DNA from: Candidatus Velthaea sp.
GTDB taxonomy: Bacteria > Vulcanimicrobiota > Vulcanimicrobiia > Vulcanimicrobiales > Vulcanimicrobiaceae
Reading direction: 5' to 3'
Length of the DNA stretch: 64,000 bases
Assembly (NCBI GenBank): GCA_050012475.1
Contig: JBEKHC010000004.1
Location: forward strand, 32,001 to 96,000
Made by a program: the position numbers and the translations under genes. Positions 50,896-60,669 of this stretch are shown one piece after another. Under the pieces are notes generated by a model. That model was not told the origin of the DNA. It made no database searches and saw nothing but the letters and a program-made list of their open reading frames with translations. Each line of letters opens with the position of its first letter. Position 1 is the first letter of the stretch.

Positions 50896-51944
50896 CCTAT
50901 AAAGTCGGCATCGTCGGCAGCGGGTTCGGCGGCAGCGTTCACGCCCCGGCCTTCAACCTGCACCCGGCATTCGAGGTCGTTGCCCTAGCCTCGCCGGCCA
51001 ACGCCGAACGGGTCGCCCGCGAACGCAACATTCGCCACGCGTTCACTTCGCTGGATGCCTTACTGCGCGAAGTCAAAGTCGACGTCGTCGCGGTCGCTTC
51101 GCCGCCGTACGACCACCATGGATCGGTGCTGCGCGCGCTGGCTGCCGGCAAACACGTGCTGTGCGAGAAACCGTTTACCCTCAACGTCGCTCAAGCCGAA
51201 GAACTCGTCGCCGCTGCGCAGCGCGCCGGAACGGCTTGCGCGCTGGCTCACGAGTTTCGCTACGCGCCTGCGGAAACAACGCTCAAGGCGCTCATCGCCG
51301 ACGCAAAGATCCGCGCCATCCGGCAGATCGAGATCACCCGCTTCGGCAACGAACTGCGCGCCGACGCGCAACGCCCGCGCTCGACGTGGTGGTTCTCGCG
51401 CGAACGCGGCGGCGGCGTAGCGAACTCGGTGATGCCGCACCTCGTGGATCTCGCGAACTGGTACGCCGGACGCGCTCCGGCACGCGTCGTCGGCTACGGA
51501 CGCACCGTTCACCCGCTGCGGAACGACGAAGCGGGCGAGTTCTCCAGCGACGTCTTCGACGGCGCGTTCGCCCTGCTCGAGTACGGCTCGCGCCTAACCG
51601 CGCGCATCACCAACGACAGCACGACGAGCATGAATCAGTGCACGCTCGCGCTCCACGCCGAAGACATCAGCGTCGTCGCCAACGGGGAGGGGCTCATCGA
51701 CATGCGCCTGTTCTCCGTCGAACCCGACGAACAAAGCGAGTTCGAGCTTTCGCCCTCACCGTATGCAAAATACGCGTCGGTCGGGCCCAACATCCCGCCG
51801 TTTCTTTCGCTGCTCGACGACTTCGCCCAACGCATTACCGACGGCGGCGGCACTGCCCCAACGTTCGCCGAAGCCCTCGCAACCCAGCGCGTCCTCGCCG
51901 CGATCGGCTACGAAGTCCCCGCCTTCGAACTCCGCGACCGCTGA
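50892..51944 (+). CDS. Gfo/Idh/MocA family oxidoreductase
   Basis: VGIVGSGFG, GKHVLCEKP, HEFRY, PHLVD. Confidence 0.92.
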   Translation: MTYKVGIVGSGFGGSVHAPAFNLHPAFEVVALASPANAERVARERNIRHAFTSLDALLREVKVDVVAVASPPYDHHGSVLRALAAGKHVLCEKPFTLNVAQAEELVAAAQRAGTACALAHEFRYAPAETTLKALIADAKIRAIRQIEITRFGNELRADAQRPRSTWWFSRERGGGVANSVMPHLVDLANWYAGRAPARVVGYGRTVHPLRNDEAGEFSSDVFDGAFALLEYGSRLTARITNDSTTSMNQCTLALHAEDISVVANGEGLIDMRLFSVEPDEQSEFELSPSPYAKYASVGPNIPPFLSLLDDFAQRITDGGGTAPTFAEALATQRVLAAIGYEVPAFELRDR

Positions 51945-51992
51945 CGCACAATCGCACCGAGCGACGTCCGCGCGTGACGCTGGCTGGTCGAC

Positions 51993-52250
51993 TCACATAG
52001 CGGTGGTCATCGATTTGTCGCGCGCTTCGCCTTGGGTTACGTTTTGCAGGCGCTCGAGCAACATCTCGATTTCAGACCCGGTCTTGGCCGCCAACCAGCT
52101 CTCGACGGCGCAATCGCGGTCCGACATCGTTGCGCCCAGGCGCTTGAAATTCGAGTCGATATACTTCGTGTTGTAGTTGGCTTTGCCTAAGAGCAAAATG
52201 GCGCGCCCGATTTGTTTGGGCGTAGCTTTCTTGGCCATTCGTGTTGCCAT
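51993..52250 (-). CDS. Hypothetical protein
   Basis: 85-aa ORF with AAGGA upstream; no recognised motif. Confidence 0.5.
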   Translation of the reverse strand: MATRMAKKATPKQIGRAILLLGKANYNTKYIDSNFKRLGATMSDRDCAVESWLAAKTGSEIEMLLERLQNVTQGEARDKSMTTAM

Positions 52251-52826
52251 GAACTTGGTGTCCTTCCAGCTACCGCGGCCCGCCAGCCGCTTTTCTGAGA
52301 TTTAAGAAGACTACCACAAAATGCAGTCGAGGGGTAAAGTAAGCCCATTATTTTGAGCTTGCCTATTTGAGCCTTAAGACGAGTTTTCGCTCTCCAGACT
52401 ACTAGGCTCGAGGACGCCGTCCTGAGGGTTGATCGGCTGACCGGGGTCGCCAAGCCGACGGGGTTCAGAGCGGCGCGAGAATCGCCGCGGGACGTCTCGG
52501 ACGGAACGTCGGCGAACGCCGTCGCCACGCCGGCTGGCTTCCAGCTCGGCTTCTCTACCCGATCGTAGACGGCGGGCGTCGAGTAAGCCCTGCCACTATT
52601 TGCGGTAGAATGCAAGGACAAAATTGGCCCGATGGACTATCCCGGAGCTGTCTACGAGAAAGCCCGCGGGCTCGCGGGCGCCGACTGGGCGAATCAGACG
52701 CGCGGCTAACCGATCCCGTCGTTGCCCAGCAAACGACGGGTCCGCGGGTCGCAACGATCTCGCCCATCTTCCGGGCAAGCCAGCCAACCACTTGCGGCTC
52801 CGTCGCGGGCCCGCCGCCCGTCTGCG

Positions 52827-55076
52827 TTACGGCAAGTAGAACCCGGCACTCACCGCGTGCAGTGTGATCGTACCGATCGAGCAAGCCGACGTCGACGAAC
52901 ACGTCGCCGCGGCAACGCCGATCTGGTCGCCCGCATCGACGGCACCGTCGCCGTTCGCGTCGTACCAAACCGCGACGCGATACGCGCCGGTCGACGCCGG
53001 AACGTCGCCGATCTCGAACGTACCGTCCGCATTGACCGGAACGCCGGCCGGGAAGCTGGCATCGAGGAACTTGGGCCGGTTGGTGTTGCCGGTCGCGTAG
53101 GCGAACGCGACGAGCTGCGCGGTTCCCGCTTTTTGCGCGCTCGGCCCGCTGTACGCCGCCGTGTCGCGGATGAGCGACGCCAGCGCGCGATAGGCGTTGA
53201 GGCGGCCGTGACCTTGATGCGAACTGTTGATGTTGTCGGCGGTGCTCTCGATGGCGTACTTCACTTGCGCGGGCGTCAGGCGTCCGTGACCGCCCGCTTC
53301 GGCGATGAGCATCGCCGCGGTTGCCGAAACTTGCGGCGTTGCTTGCGAGGTGCCCTCGAAGGCATACACGCAGCTCGTCGCCGGACTCTGCGTCGCGCAT
53401 TGGACCGATGAATCGCTGGTCGGATAGGCCGTCGACGTGTAGTAGTTCACGATCCAGTGCAGCACGTCGTTGTCGTTGCACGACGAATCGTTGCAGGCGG
53501 CGTCGCCGCCGGGTGCCACCACGCTCAGGCTCGGCGAATACTGCGAATACGACGTCACTTCTTCGGTCGAGGTCGCGTACGTGCCGTCGCTGGACTGCTG
53601 CTGGCCGTAGTATTGATCTTTGAGTCCGGTCGCGCCGACGGAGATCACGCCGGGATAGGCGGCGGGATAGTCGAGCGTGCCGGCAACTTCGCCGTTGTCG
53701 CTGTTTCCGGCGGCAGCCACCACCGTGACGCCCGCCGCAATCGCGCTTTCGATTGCATTGAACTCGATCGTGTCGAATGATGGCGAACCGATGCTCATGC
53801 TGATGACGTCGGCGCCGTTAGCGACGGCGTCCGCGACGGCTTGGGCCTCGTCGGGAGTCGTCGCCCCGATGCTGCCGTTCGCGTTGTTGCAGTAGGCGTT
53901 TTGAGCGGGGAAGATTTTGAACGCCATGAGCTTGGCGCCCCAAGCCGCGCCGGCAAATCCGACGCTGTCGGCTTTGGCGATGGCGATGCCGGCGACGTTG
54001 GTTCCGTGACCGTTATCGTCTTGAACGGCCGCGAGCGTGGTCGTCACCTGCGGTGTCGCGTTGGCCAGCGGGTCGCAGGTCGACGAAGACGAGGTGTTGT
54101 CGATCGGCGTGACCGCGGATTCTTGGAAAATCAACTGATCGGTGAGGTCGGTGTTGTTGCCGTCGATGCCGGTGTCGATGATCGCAAGTTTCGCATTGGT
54201 TCCGGTGTTGTACGACCACGCGTAGTTGGTGCCGGTCGCCAAGGTGTACCACTGGAAACCGAAATCCGGGTCCGCAACGGTGGTCGGTTTGCGCGACAGG
54301 AGCCGGCGGCGATGAACCGGCGTGACTTCGGCAACTTCGGGCTGGGCTTGCAGCTGACGCGTGAATGCGGCGGCATCGATGCCGTGCGGAACGCTGACCA
54401 CGCGGAGCCGGTCGGCCGACGCCGATAGTGTCTCGCGCCCCACGCTGCCCACCGCGCGTTCGACGTCGGCCGGCGAACGGCCCGAGGTGCGCAGCGCGGC
54501 GGCACTCATGCGGACCGCCAAGCGCGTCGGGTCGACATCAAACGCTGACGCGGTCCGGCTCGCGAGCCCCCGATGCTTGACGGTCGACAGCATGCTCCGC
54601 ATGCTGACGGACGAGCTGCGGCGGATCGATTGCAGACTCGAAACCGCGACCGTGCCCTTCGCAGCCGACGCCGCGTTGTAGTAGACCGTGTGCGGACCGT
54701 CATAAACCTGGACGATGGGGACCGTGTACCCCGAGGGCGAGAACACGATCGCCAGCGGGCTGCCGGACGACGCCGGGGTGACCGTCGCGGGCGTCGTGTA
54801 GGACGCGCCGCCGACGGTGAAGGCGATGCCGCTCGGATTGGAGGTTACGGCATACGAGCTGGGGTTGTTGCCGTCGTTGACGAAACCGCCCGCGCCGCCC
54901 CCGCTGCTCTGCTGGCCAGGGACGACCAGCGTCCCCGGTGCCGGCGTCGCGGTCGCGACATTCACGACGGGTGTGGTCGAACTGCTTCCGCCGCCACCTC
55001 CTGCGCATGCACTGAGAAAAGCAAGCATGACAAAGCCGGCGCACACGCGTGCGGCGGAGGGGAAGCGATGTTGCAT
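52827..55076 (-). CDS. S8 subtilase lipoprotein
   Basis: Lipobox LSAC; triad IIDTG, HGTNVAG, GTSQATP; AAAGN. Confidence 0.92.
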   Translation of the reverse strand: MQHRFPSAARVCAGFVMLAFLSACAGGGGGSSSTTPVVNVATATPAPGTLVVPGQQSSGGGAGGFVNDGNNPSSYAVTSNPSGIAFTVGGASYTTPATVTPASSGSPLAIVFSPSGYTVPIVQVYDGPHTVYYNAASAAKGTVAVSSLQSIRRSSSVSMRSMLSTVKHRGLASRTASAFDVDPTRLAVRMSAAALRTSGRSPADVERAVGSVGRETLSASADRLRVVSVPHGIDAAAFTRQLQAQPEVAEVTPVHRRRLLSRKPTTVADPDFGFQWYTLATGTNYAWSYNTGTNAKLAIIDTGIDGNNTDLTDQLIFQESAVTPIDNTSSSSTCDPLANATPQVTTTLAAVQDDNGHGTNVAGIAIAKADSVGFAGAAWGAKLMAFKIFPAQNAYCNNANGSIGATTPDEAQAVADAVANGADVISMSIGSPSFDTIEFNAIESAIAAGVTVVAAAGNSDNGEVAGTLDYPAAYPGVISVGATGLKDQYYGQQQSSDGTYATSTEEVTSYSQYSPSLSVVAPGGDAACNDSSCNDNDVLHWIVNYYTSTAYPTSDSSVQCATQSPATSCVYAFEGTSQATPQVSATAAMLIAEAGGHGRLTPAQVKYAIESTADNINSSHQGHGRLNAYRALASLIRDTAAYSGPSAQKAGTAQLVAFAYATGNTNRPKFLDASFPAGVPVNADGTFEIGDVPASTGAYRVAVWYDANGDGAVDAGDQIGVAAATCSSTSACSIGTITLHAVSAGFYLP

Positions 55077-55080
55077 GGTG

Positions 55081-56355
55081 TTAGCGAACGACTCCTACGG
55101 CGGGGCTCGTCGATTCCAAGCGGCGCCAGATCAGATTCAATGCGGCCGTCGCCGCTCTCGTTCGTATATCGGCACGGGTTCCGGGAAAATTGATCTTGAC
55201 CGCCTGGGCATCCCCGTCAGGCCCGGCGTAGCCGAACCAGACCAAGCCGACCGGCTTCTCGGGCGTTCCGCCGTCCGGCCCGGCGACGCCCGTGGTCGAT
55301 ATCGCGATGTCGACGCCGAGCCGCTCCCGCGCGCCGCGCGCCATCGCGAGCGCGGTCGCTTCGCTGACCGCACCCTCGGCGGCCAGTGTGGCGGGCGGAA
55401 CGCCGAGCAGCGCGGTCTTGACGTCGTTGGCATAGGCCACGATCGAACCGCGAAAGGTCTGCGAAACACCCGCGACGCTCACGAGCGCGTCGGCGATCGC
55501 GCCGCCGGTACACGACTCGGCCGTGCCGATCGTCAGCTCGCGGCGCACCAGTTCACCCACGATCGCGCTTTCGAGCGACGTGTCGTCGTCGCCGAAGTAC
55601 CCGCTGCCGATCCGGCTGCGCAGCTTCGCGGCCAGCGGTGCGAGCAGTGCCTCGGCGCTCGCAGCGTCGGCAGCTTTGGCCATCAGCTTGACGTCGACCC
55701 GGCCGGCGTGAGCGAGCAGCGCGATCTTGGGGTTTTCCAGCGTCCGAAAGAGGTCTTCTATGCGCCGATCGAGCTCGGATTCCGGAATGCCCACGGTGTG
55801 CAGCGTGCGAGTAAAGATCGCCGAACGGACGTCGAAGCGTTGCGTCAGCCAGGGAATGAGCCGCTCGGTCAACATCGGCATCATCTCGCGCGGCACGCCC
55901 GGCATCGAGGCGACGAACTTGCCGTCGGCGCGCAGGGCGACGAAGCCCGGCGCGGTGCCGTGGGGGTTGTCGAGCACGGTGCTGCCCGCGGGCAGCATCG
56001 CCTGCCGCGTGTTGTTCGCGCTCATCGTGCGGCCCATCGCCGCGAAGCGCGCTTCGATCGCCCGCAGCGACGGTTCGTGCAGCTCCAGCGGACGGCCGAC
56101 GACGCGGCCCACAGCGTCCTTGGTGAGATCGTCGACGGTCGGCCCCAGGCCGCCGGTGGTGATGACGCCGTCGGCCCGGCCCAGCGCGCCTTCGAGCATG
56201 ACGGCCAGGCGATCCGTGTTGTCGCCGACGGAGTGCTTGGCGAAGACGTCGATGCCGGCCTCGGCGAGCCGCTGCGCGATGAACGCGGCGTTTGTATCGA
56301 CGAGGTGGCCAAGCAGAATTTCGGTCCCGATCGTGACGATCTCGACGGATGCCAT
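55081..56355 (-). CDS. cinA: CinA (MocF/pyrophosphatase plus PncC NMN deamidase)
   Basis: IGTEILLG, TGGLGPTVDD, AESCTGG, GVAGP. Confidence 0.95.
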   Translation of the reverse strand: MASVEIVTIGTEILLGHLVDTNAAFIAQRLAEAGIDVFAKHSVGDNTDRLAVMLEGALGRADGVITTGGLGPTVDDLTKDAVGRVVGRPLELHEPSLRAIEARFAAMGRTMSANNTRQAMLPAGSTVLDNPHGTAPGFVALRADGKFVASMPGVPREMMPMLTERLIPWLTQRFDVRSAIFTRTLHTVGIPESELDRRIEDLFRTLENPKIALLAHAGRVDVKLMAKAADAASAEALLAPLAAKLRSRIGSGYFGDDDTSLESAIVGELVRRELTIGTAESCTGGAIADALVSVAGVSQTFRGSIVAYANDVKTALLGVPPATLAAEGAVSEATALAMARGARERLGVDIAISTTGVAGPDGGTPEKPVGLVWFGYAGPDGDAQAVKINFPGTRADIRTRAATAALNLIWRRLESTSPAVGVVR

Positions 56356-56524
56356 CGTGCCTCCATCCCGCGCCGACCGCCGCGGCCCCTCCACCCTGCG
56401 TGGAGCCGTGCGAGCCCGTCCGTGCGCGACGTCACGGGATGACTCCGCGGCGCACGTTAGCATAAGGTGCGGTTTGTCGCCTCCGCTACGCTTGCACGAA
56501 TCCTTTTATGGTATAAACCGACAT

Positions 56525-56755
56525 ATGATGAACACGCTCAAGAGCCGTCTGCTCAACGTTGGCCTCGTTGCCTCAGCTGCTGTGCTTTTGCCGACGGCCG
56601 TCTTCGCGCAAGACGTCGCGCCGTATTCGGAAAATGCATCGAACGTGATCGGTGCGCTGGTTGTGTGGCTGCTGCCCATCGGCGGAGCTTTCGCGGTCGG
56701 CGTCATGTTCGCGTCCGACAAGAGCGCGCAGCAGAATCGAATCAGCCGCCGCTAA
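56525..56755 (+). CDS. Small membrane protein with signal peptide
   Basis: AVFA/QD cleavage-like site, one TM helix, basic tail; TGGTATAAA just upstream. Confidence 0.65.
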   Translation: MMNTLKSRLLNVGLVASAAVLLPTAVFAQDVAPYSENASNVIGALVVWLLPIGGAFAVGVMFASDKSAQQNRISRR

Positions 56756-56833
56756 CATCCAAGCCGCGGAGCCAGGGTTCGCCGCGCGGCGGTCGGGCAG
56801 ATCACCGGCCGCGCGCGATTCCAGGTAATCGCG

Positions 56834-57469
56834 CTACCGTTCATCGACGATGCACGGACCGAAGGGTTCGGCCCCGTCGAACCATGCCGGATACGTCACG
56901 CGAATCTCGACGTCAAACCCGTCGGCCGCGCTGCGCATCATTGAACGCCGCTCTTGTGAGTCGGCGTTGTTTGCTCTGGCCCGCCGGCGCTGTTGGGCCA
57001 GACATTCGAGAAAGCGCGCGAACCGCTCGTTCAGCGCGCTTTGCAATTTCGCCCGCAGGATCGCCGCGACGCGCGGCGCCGCACCGCCGGTCGAGATCGC
57101 GATCCGCGCCCGGCCCGCGCTGGCCACGGCGGTCATCGCTACGAAGCCGTACGCGGGCTGATCGATCGCGCAAAACAGAAACCGCCGGTCGTCGGCCAAC
57201 CGCCGCAAGCGCGCGGCGAGCGCCTCGTCCTGGGTCGTCAAAATGACGAAGTAGGCATCGCTCAGATCCTCGTCGCGCAGGTCGGCGCCGCTTTGCAGCC
57301 ACGCGACCTCGGCGCCGGCGGCGCGCAGCGCGGCATCCTTTTCGATCGCCTCGCGATCGTCGCCGGCGCCGATCAGGACGCACTTGCGTCCAACGAGATT
57401 GAGTCCGACGGGAAAGAACGCGGGCGGTAGAATCTCGGGCCATTCGAGCGGCGACGGGCGGCTCGGCAT
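56834..57469 (-). CDS. Precorrin-2 dehydrogenase-like (SirC / CysG N-terminal) protein
   Basis: FPVGLNLVGRKCVLIG, AIDQP, IAISTGGAAP. Confidence 0.75.
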   Translation of the reverse strand: MPSRPSPLEWPEILPPAFFPVGLNLVGRKCVLIGAGDDREAIEKDAALRAAGAEVAWLQSGADLRDEDLSDAYFVILTTQDEALAARLRRLADDRRFLFCAIDQPAYGFVAMTAVASAGRARIAISTGGAAPRVAAILRAKLQSALNERFARFLECLAQQRRRARANNADSQERRSMMRSAADGFDVEIRVTYPAWFDGAEPFGPCIVDER

Positions 57470-57470
57470 T

Positions 57471-58334
57471 TCAGTAATCCACGGGACGCAAATAAAACTC
57501 GTTGATCGCCGTCCCCGAAACGAGCGCCGTCGTCGGCAGATGGCGTTTCCAGTGCGTGCTGTCGACCCGCCGCCGAACCAAAGCCACTTCTTCCGCGGTG
57601 AACCCGCGCGCGACGATGGTCGCGTCGCGGTACCCGACCAAGATCAGGCTCAAGATCTGGTCGGCTTTCGCGTACGTGATGCCCAGATCCGACTCATCGG
57701 TTTGATTCAATTCGAGATCGGCGCTGGGCGCTTTGTCGATCACGCGCACGGGAACGTTGAGATAGCGCGCCAGCGCCCAGACCTGCGTTTTGAACAGGTC
57801 GCCGATCGGATTGACCGGCGGCGTGTCGTCGGCGTGCCAAGTGAAATAGCCCATCAGACGTTCGGTCTTGTTTCCGGTCCCGATCGGCAGCGCGCCCAGC
57901 CGCGCCGATTGATCGAACAGCGTGAGCATACGCATCCGGGCCATGACGTTGCCCTTGCGCCGCGCGTCGGCGTCGGGCGCCTGCCGCAGGTAGCCGTCGA
58001 CCGCGTCGCTGATCTCGAGCGTTTGCGCGTTGATGCCGAGTTCGTCGATCACCAATTGCGCGTCGTGCAGGCTGTCCGCGCTCGACGTCCGATAGGGCAT
58101 GCGAATCGCGTGGACGTTATGCGGTCCCAGCGCGCGTGCGCACAAGTAGGCGACGACCGCCGAGTCGATTCCGCCGCTGAGGCCCAGCACCGCGCGGCCG
58201 ATCTTCCGCCGCACGAGCAGTTCGTCGTGCAGAAACGCCTCCAACCATTTCGCCGTCATCGCCGGGTCGATCGCCAGCGCCGCCAGCGGCTCGGCCGGAC
58301 GCGCCGTGATCACCGGCAGCCGCGCGGCCGTCAT
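57471..58334 (-). CDS. nadE: NAD+ synthetase, synthetase domain only
   Basis: GLSGGIDS, NVMARMRM, GTGNKTE, PSADL. Confidence 0.95.
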   Translation of the reverse strand: MTAARLPVITARPAEPLAALAIDPAMTAKWLEAFLHDELLVRRKIGRAVLGLSGGIDSAVVAYLCARALGPHNVHAIRMPYRTSSADSLHDAQLVIDELGINAQTLEISDAVDGYLRQAPDADARRKGNVMARMRMLTLFDQSARLGALPIGTGNKTERLMGYFTWHADDTPPVNPIGDLFKTQVWALARYLNVPVRVIDKAPSADLELNQTDESDLGITYAKADQILSLILVGYRDATIVARGFTAEEVALVRRRVDSTHWKRHLPTTALVSGTAINEFYLRPVDY

Positions 58335-59248
58335 CGCAACCCGCGTTCGGGAAGCGGGATTTCCGCGTCGAGCCACAGATCGGGAAGGACCGCAGCCAGA
58401 TCGCCCAACAGCGGCAGCGTCGCCCGCGCAACCTCGAATTCCGCGGGGTCGAGGTCGGCCCGCAGAATGCAGGCTTCGAGCGCGGGCGCCTCGACCACGA
58501 ACGTCCCGGCCGGGGAGATGATGCACGACGAGCCGGCCATGCCTTTCCCCCCTTCGAATCCGGTGAGCCCCGAATAGATGACGTACACACCGTGTTCGGA
58601 CGCGTGGGCGCGCAGGATCGCTTTCCAGCGCGCGATGCTCTCGAGTTCGCCGTTGCCCGATAGCCCGCGGCCCGGCGATGCGCTGGGAACGAACAGCACG
58701 TGCGCGCCCTTGAGCGCGGCGATGGTCGGCATGATGCTGTGCCACGCATCTTCGCAGATCAGAATCGCCGCCGGACCGAACGCCGAGGGGAACACCTGCA
58801 GCCGGCGTCCGCGCGAATGAAAGCGCTCCTCGTCGAACACGCCGTAGGTCGGCAAGAACATCTTGCGGTGCACGTGCACGATGATGGGATCCGCCGCGCT
58901 CAAGCGGACGTACATCGCACTGTTGTAGAACGTCCCGCCGTCGTTCTCGAAGAAACCGCACACGACGTCGACCTCCGGTGCCTGCGGGCCGGCGGCGGTT
59001 CGCCACGCATCGCTGAGGACGCGCGCGAAAGCGTCCGCACTCAACGCCAGTTCGTACACCGCGCCTTCGAGAAAATAGCCGGTCAAACACGCCTCGGGCA
59101 GCACGATCAAGCGCGGTGCGCCGGCAGCGTGCAGCTGGGCGAAGATTGCCTGCAGCGCCGCGGTGTTGGCGGCCACGTCGCCCTTGACCGGCTTGAACTG
59201 CACGACCGCGACCGGAGTCGGCGGCGGAGCCGGAGCGTCGTGCTTCAA
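58331..59248 (-). CDS. Nitrilase-family protein, likely glutaminase subunit of NAD synthetase
   Basis: E-K-C triad: PEACLTGY, RKMFLPTYGVFDEER, ICED. Confidence 0.88.
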   Translation of the reverse strand: MKHDAPAPPPTPVAVVQFKPVKGDVAANTAALQAIFAQLHAAGAPRLIVLPEACLTGYFLEGAVYELALSADAFARVLSDAWRTAAGPQAPEVDVVCGFFENDGGTFYNSAMYVRLSAADPIIVHVHRKMFLPTYGVFDEERFHSRGRRLQVFPSAFGPAAILICEDAWHSIMPTIAALKGAHVLFVPSASPGRGLSGNGELESIARWKAILRAHASEHGVYVIYSGLTGFEGGKGMAGSSCIISPAGTFVVEAPALEACILRADLDPAEFEVARATLPLLGDLAAVLPDLWLDAEIPLPERGLR

Positions 59249-60648
59249 TGCGCGACGGCGAGCGCCGACGCCGCACCGACCGTCTCGGCCAGTTCCTCGG
59301 CTGGGTAGGTGAGGATCTCGGCCATTGTCGGATGCAAATGCGGAATCTTCAGATAGTCGAACACGGTCGCGTTGAATGCCATCGCGGCGAGCGGGATGTG
59401 GATGAGATCCGAAGCGTGCGCGCCGAGGATGGCGACACCCAGAATCTTGCCGTCCAGCGGCGCCGCGAGCATCTTGACGAACCCTTTGGTCTTACCGATC
59501 GAGATCGCTTTGCCTAAATCGCTGAACGGATACGATGCCTTGACGTATGCGACGCCCGTCGCGAGCAGCTCTTTCTCGCTCTCGCCGGCGACGGCGACTT
59601 GGGGATCCGAGAACACCGTGTGGGCTTTGGAGAGCGAATAGTCGATCCGCTCGTCGGCAGCGCGGATCGCGTTGCGGGCCGCAACCTCGCCTTGCTGAAT
59701 CGCCACGTGCACGAGCAAGAATTGGCCGGTCACGTCGCCGACCGCGAAGATGTTGCGGTTCGAGGTGCGCATCGTCTGATCGACCTCGATGCCGCGAATG
59801 ACATGCGCCCGCACCCCAGCCTTCTCCAGCCCCAACCCGGCGATGTTCGGCACCCGCCCCAACGCATAGAAAATCTCTTCGGCCGCGACTTCCGCCTCGC
59901 GCCCGTCGCGCACGTAATGCACCACTTTGGCGCCGTCGGCGCGCACGCTCACGCGCTGCACCTGGGCGCGCGTTTCGATCGTCATCCCGTCTTCGCGCAG
60001 GTACTCGGTGAGCGCTTCGCCGATGTCGGTATCTTCGCCCGACAGCAGCTGCGTGCCGCGGATGACGACCGTCACCGCGGTCCCGGTGCGCGAGAAAAAT
60101 TGGCCGAGTTCGGTCGAAACGTAACCGCCGCCCAGCACGATCATCGATTTGGGCGGCGCTGCGAGTTCGAGCGCGGCGTCGCTGTCGATGAAGCCCGCCG
60201 CGGCCAAGCCCGGAATGACCGGCGGCGCGACCACCGAGCCGGTGCCGATGACGAACGCGCCGCCGCGCAGGACCACGTCGCCCACCCGCAGCGTGTCGGG
60301 CGATTCGAACGTCGCCTCGCCGCGAAAGATGGGAAACGTTTCGAGCGCCGCGTTGCGATAATCGGTGAAGCCGCCGATGATCTCTTTTTTGCGCGCCATC
60401 ACGAACGGAAAATCGACTGCGGCGCGGCTCGCGCGAATCCCTAATTCGTGCGCATGATCGATCTCGTACGCCGCATCGCTGGTCGCGATCAGCGTTTTCG
60501 ACGGCATGCAGCCGCGCAGAATGCACAAGCCGCCCAGCGGTCCGCGATCGACGAGCGCGACCGTCGCGCCTAACTCACGGGCGGTGCGCGCCGCGGCGTA
60601 GCCGCCGGAACCGGCGCCGACGACGATGAGATCGAAAGAAGTTTGCAT
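59245..60648 (-). CDS. Dihydrolipoamide dehydrogenase-like pyridine nucleotide-disulfide oxidoreductase
   Basis: GAGSGG, CILRGCMPSK, GD, HPTMAE. Confidence 0.88.
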   Translation of the reverse strand: MQTSFDLIVVGAGSGGYAAARTARELGATVALVDRGPLGGLCILRGCMPSKTLIATSDAAYEIDHAHELGIRASRAAVDFPFVMARKKEIIGGFTDYRNAALETFPIFRGEATFESPDTLRVGDVVLRGGAFVIGTGSVVAPPVIPGLAAAGFIDSDAALELAAPPKSMIVLGGGYVSTELGQFFSRTGTAVTVVIRGTQLLSGEDTDIGEALTEYLREDGMTIETRAQVQRVSVRADGAKVVHYVRDGREAEVAAEEIFYALGRVPNIAGLGLEKAGVRAHVIRGIEVDQTMRTSNRNIFAVGDVTGQFLLVHVAIQQGEVAARNAIRAADERIDYSLSKAHTVFSDPQVAVAGESEKELLATGVAYVKASYPFSDLGKAISIGKTKGFVKMLAAPLDGKILGVAILGAHASDLIHIPLAAMAFNATVFDYLKIPHLHPTMAEILTYPAEELAETVGAASALAVAH

Positions 60649-60669
60649 GATGAAGCGGTAGCCGAATCC

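Noticed and set aside
48727..51944. 722-aa and 741-aa ORFs as fusion proteins
   Set aside because: N-terminal halves are off-frame Arg-rich sequence overlapping real genes; true starts are 49585 and 50892
52255..52826. tRNA, tmRNA or RNase P RNA
   Set aside because: No T-loop/acceptor stem or other diagnostic motifs seen
59245..60648. Mercuric reductase merA
   Set aside because: No C-terminal Cys-Cys pair, no NmerA domain, no mer genes
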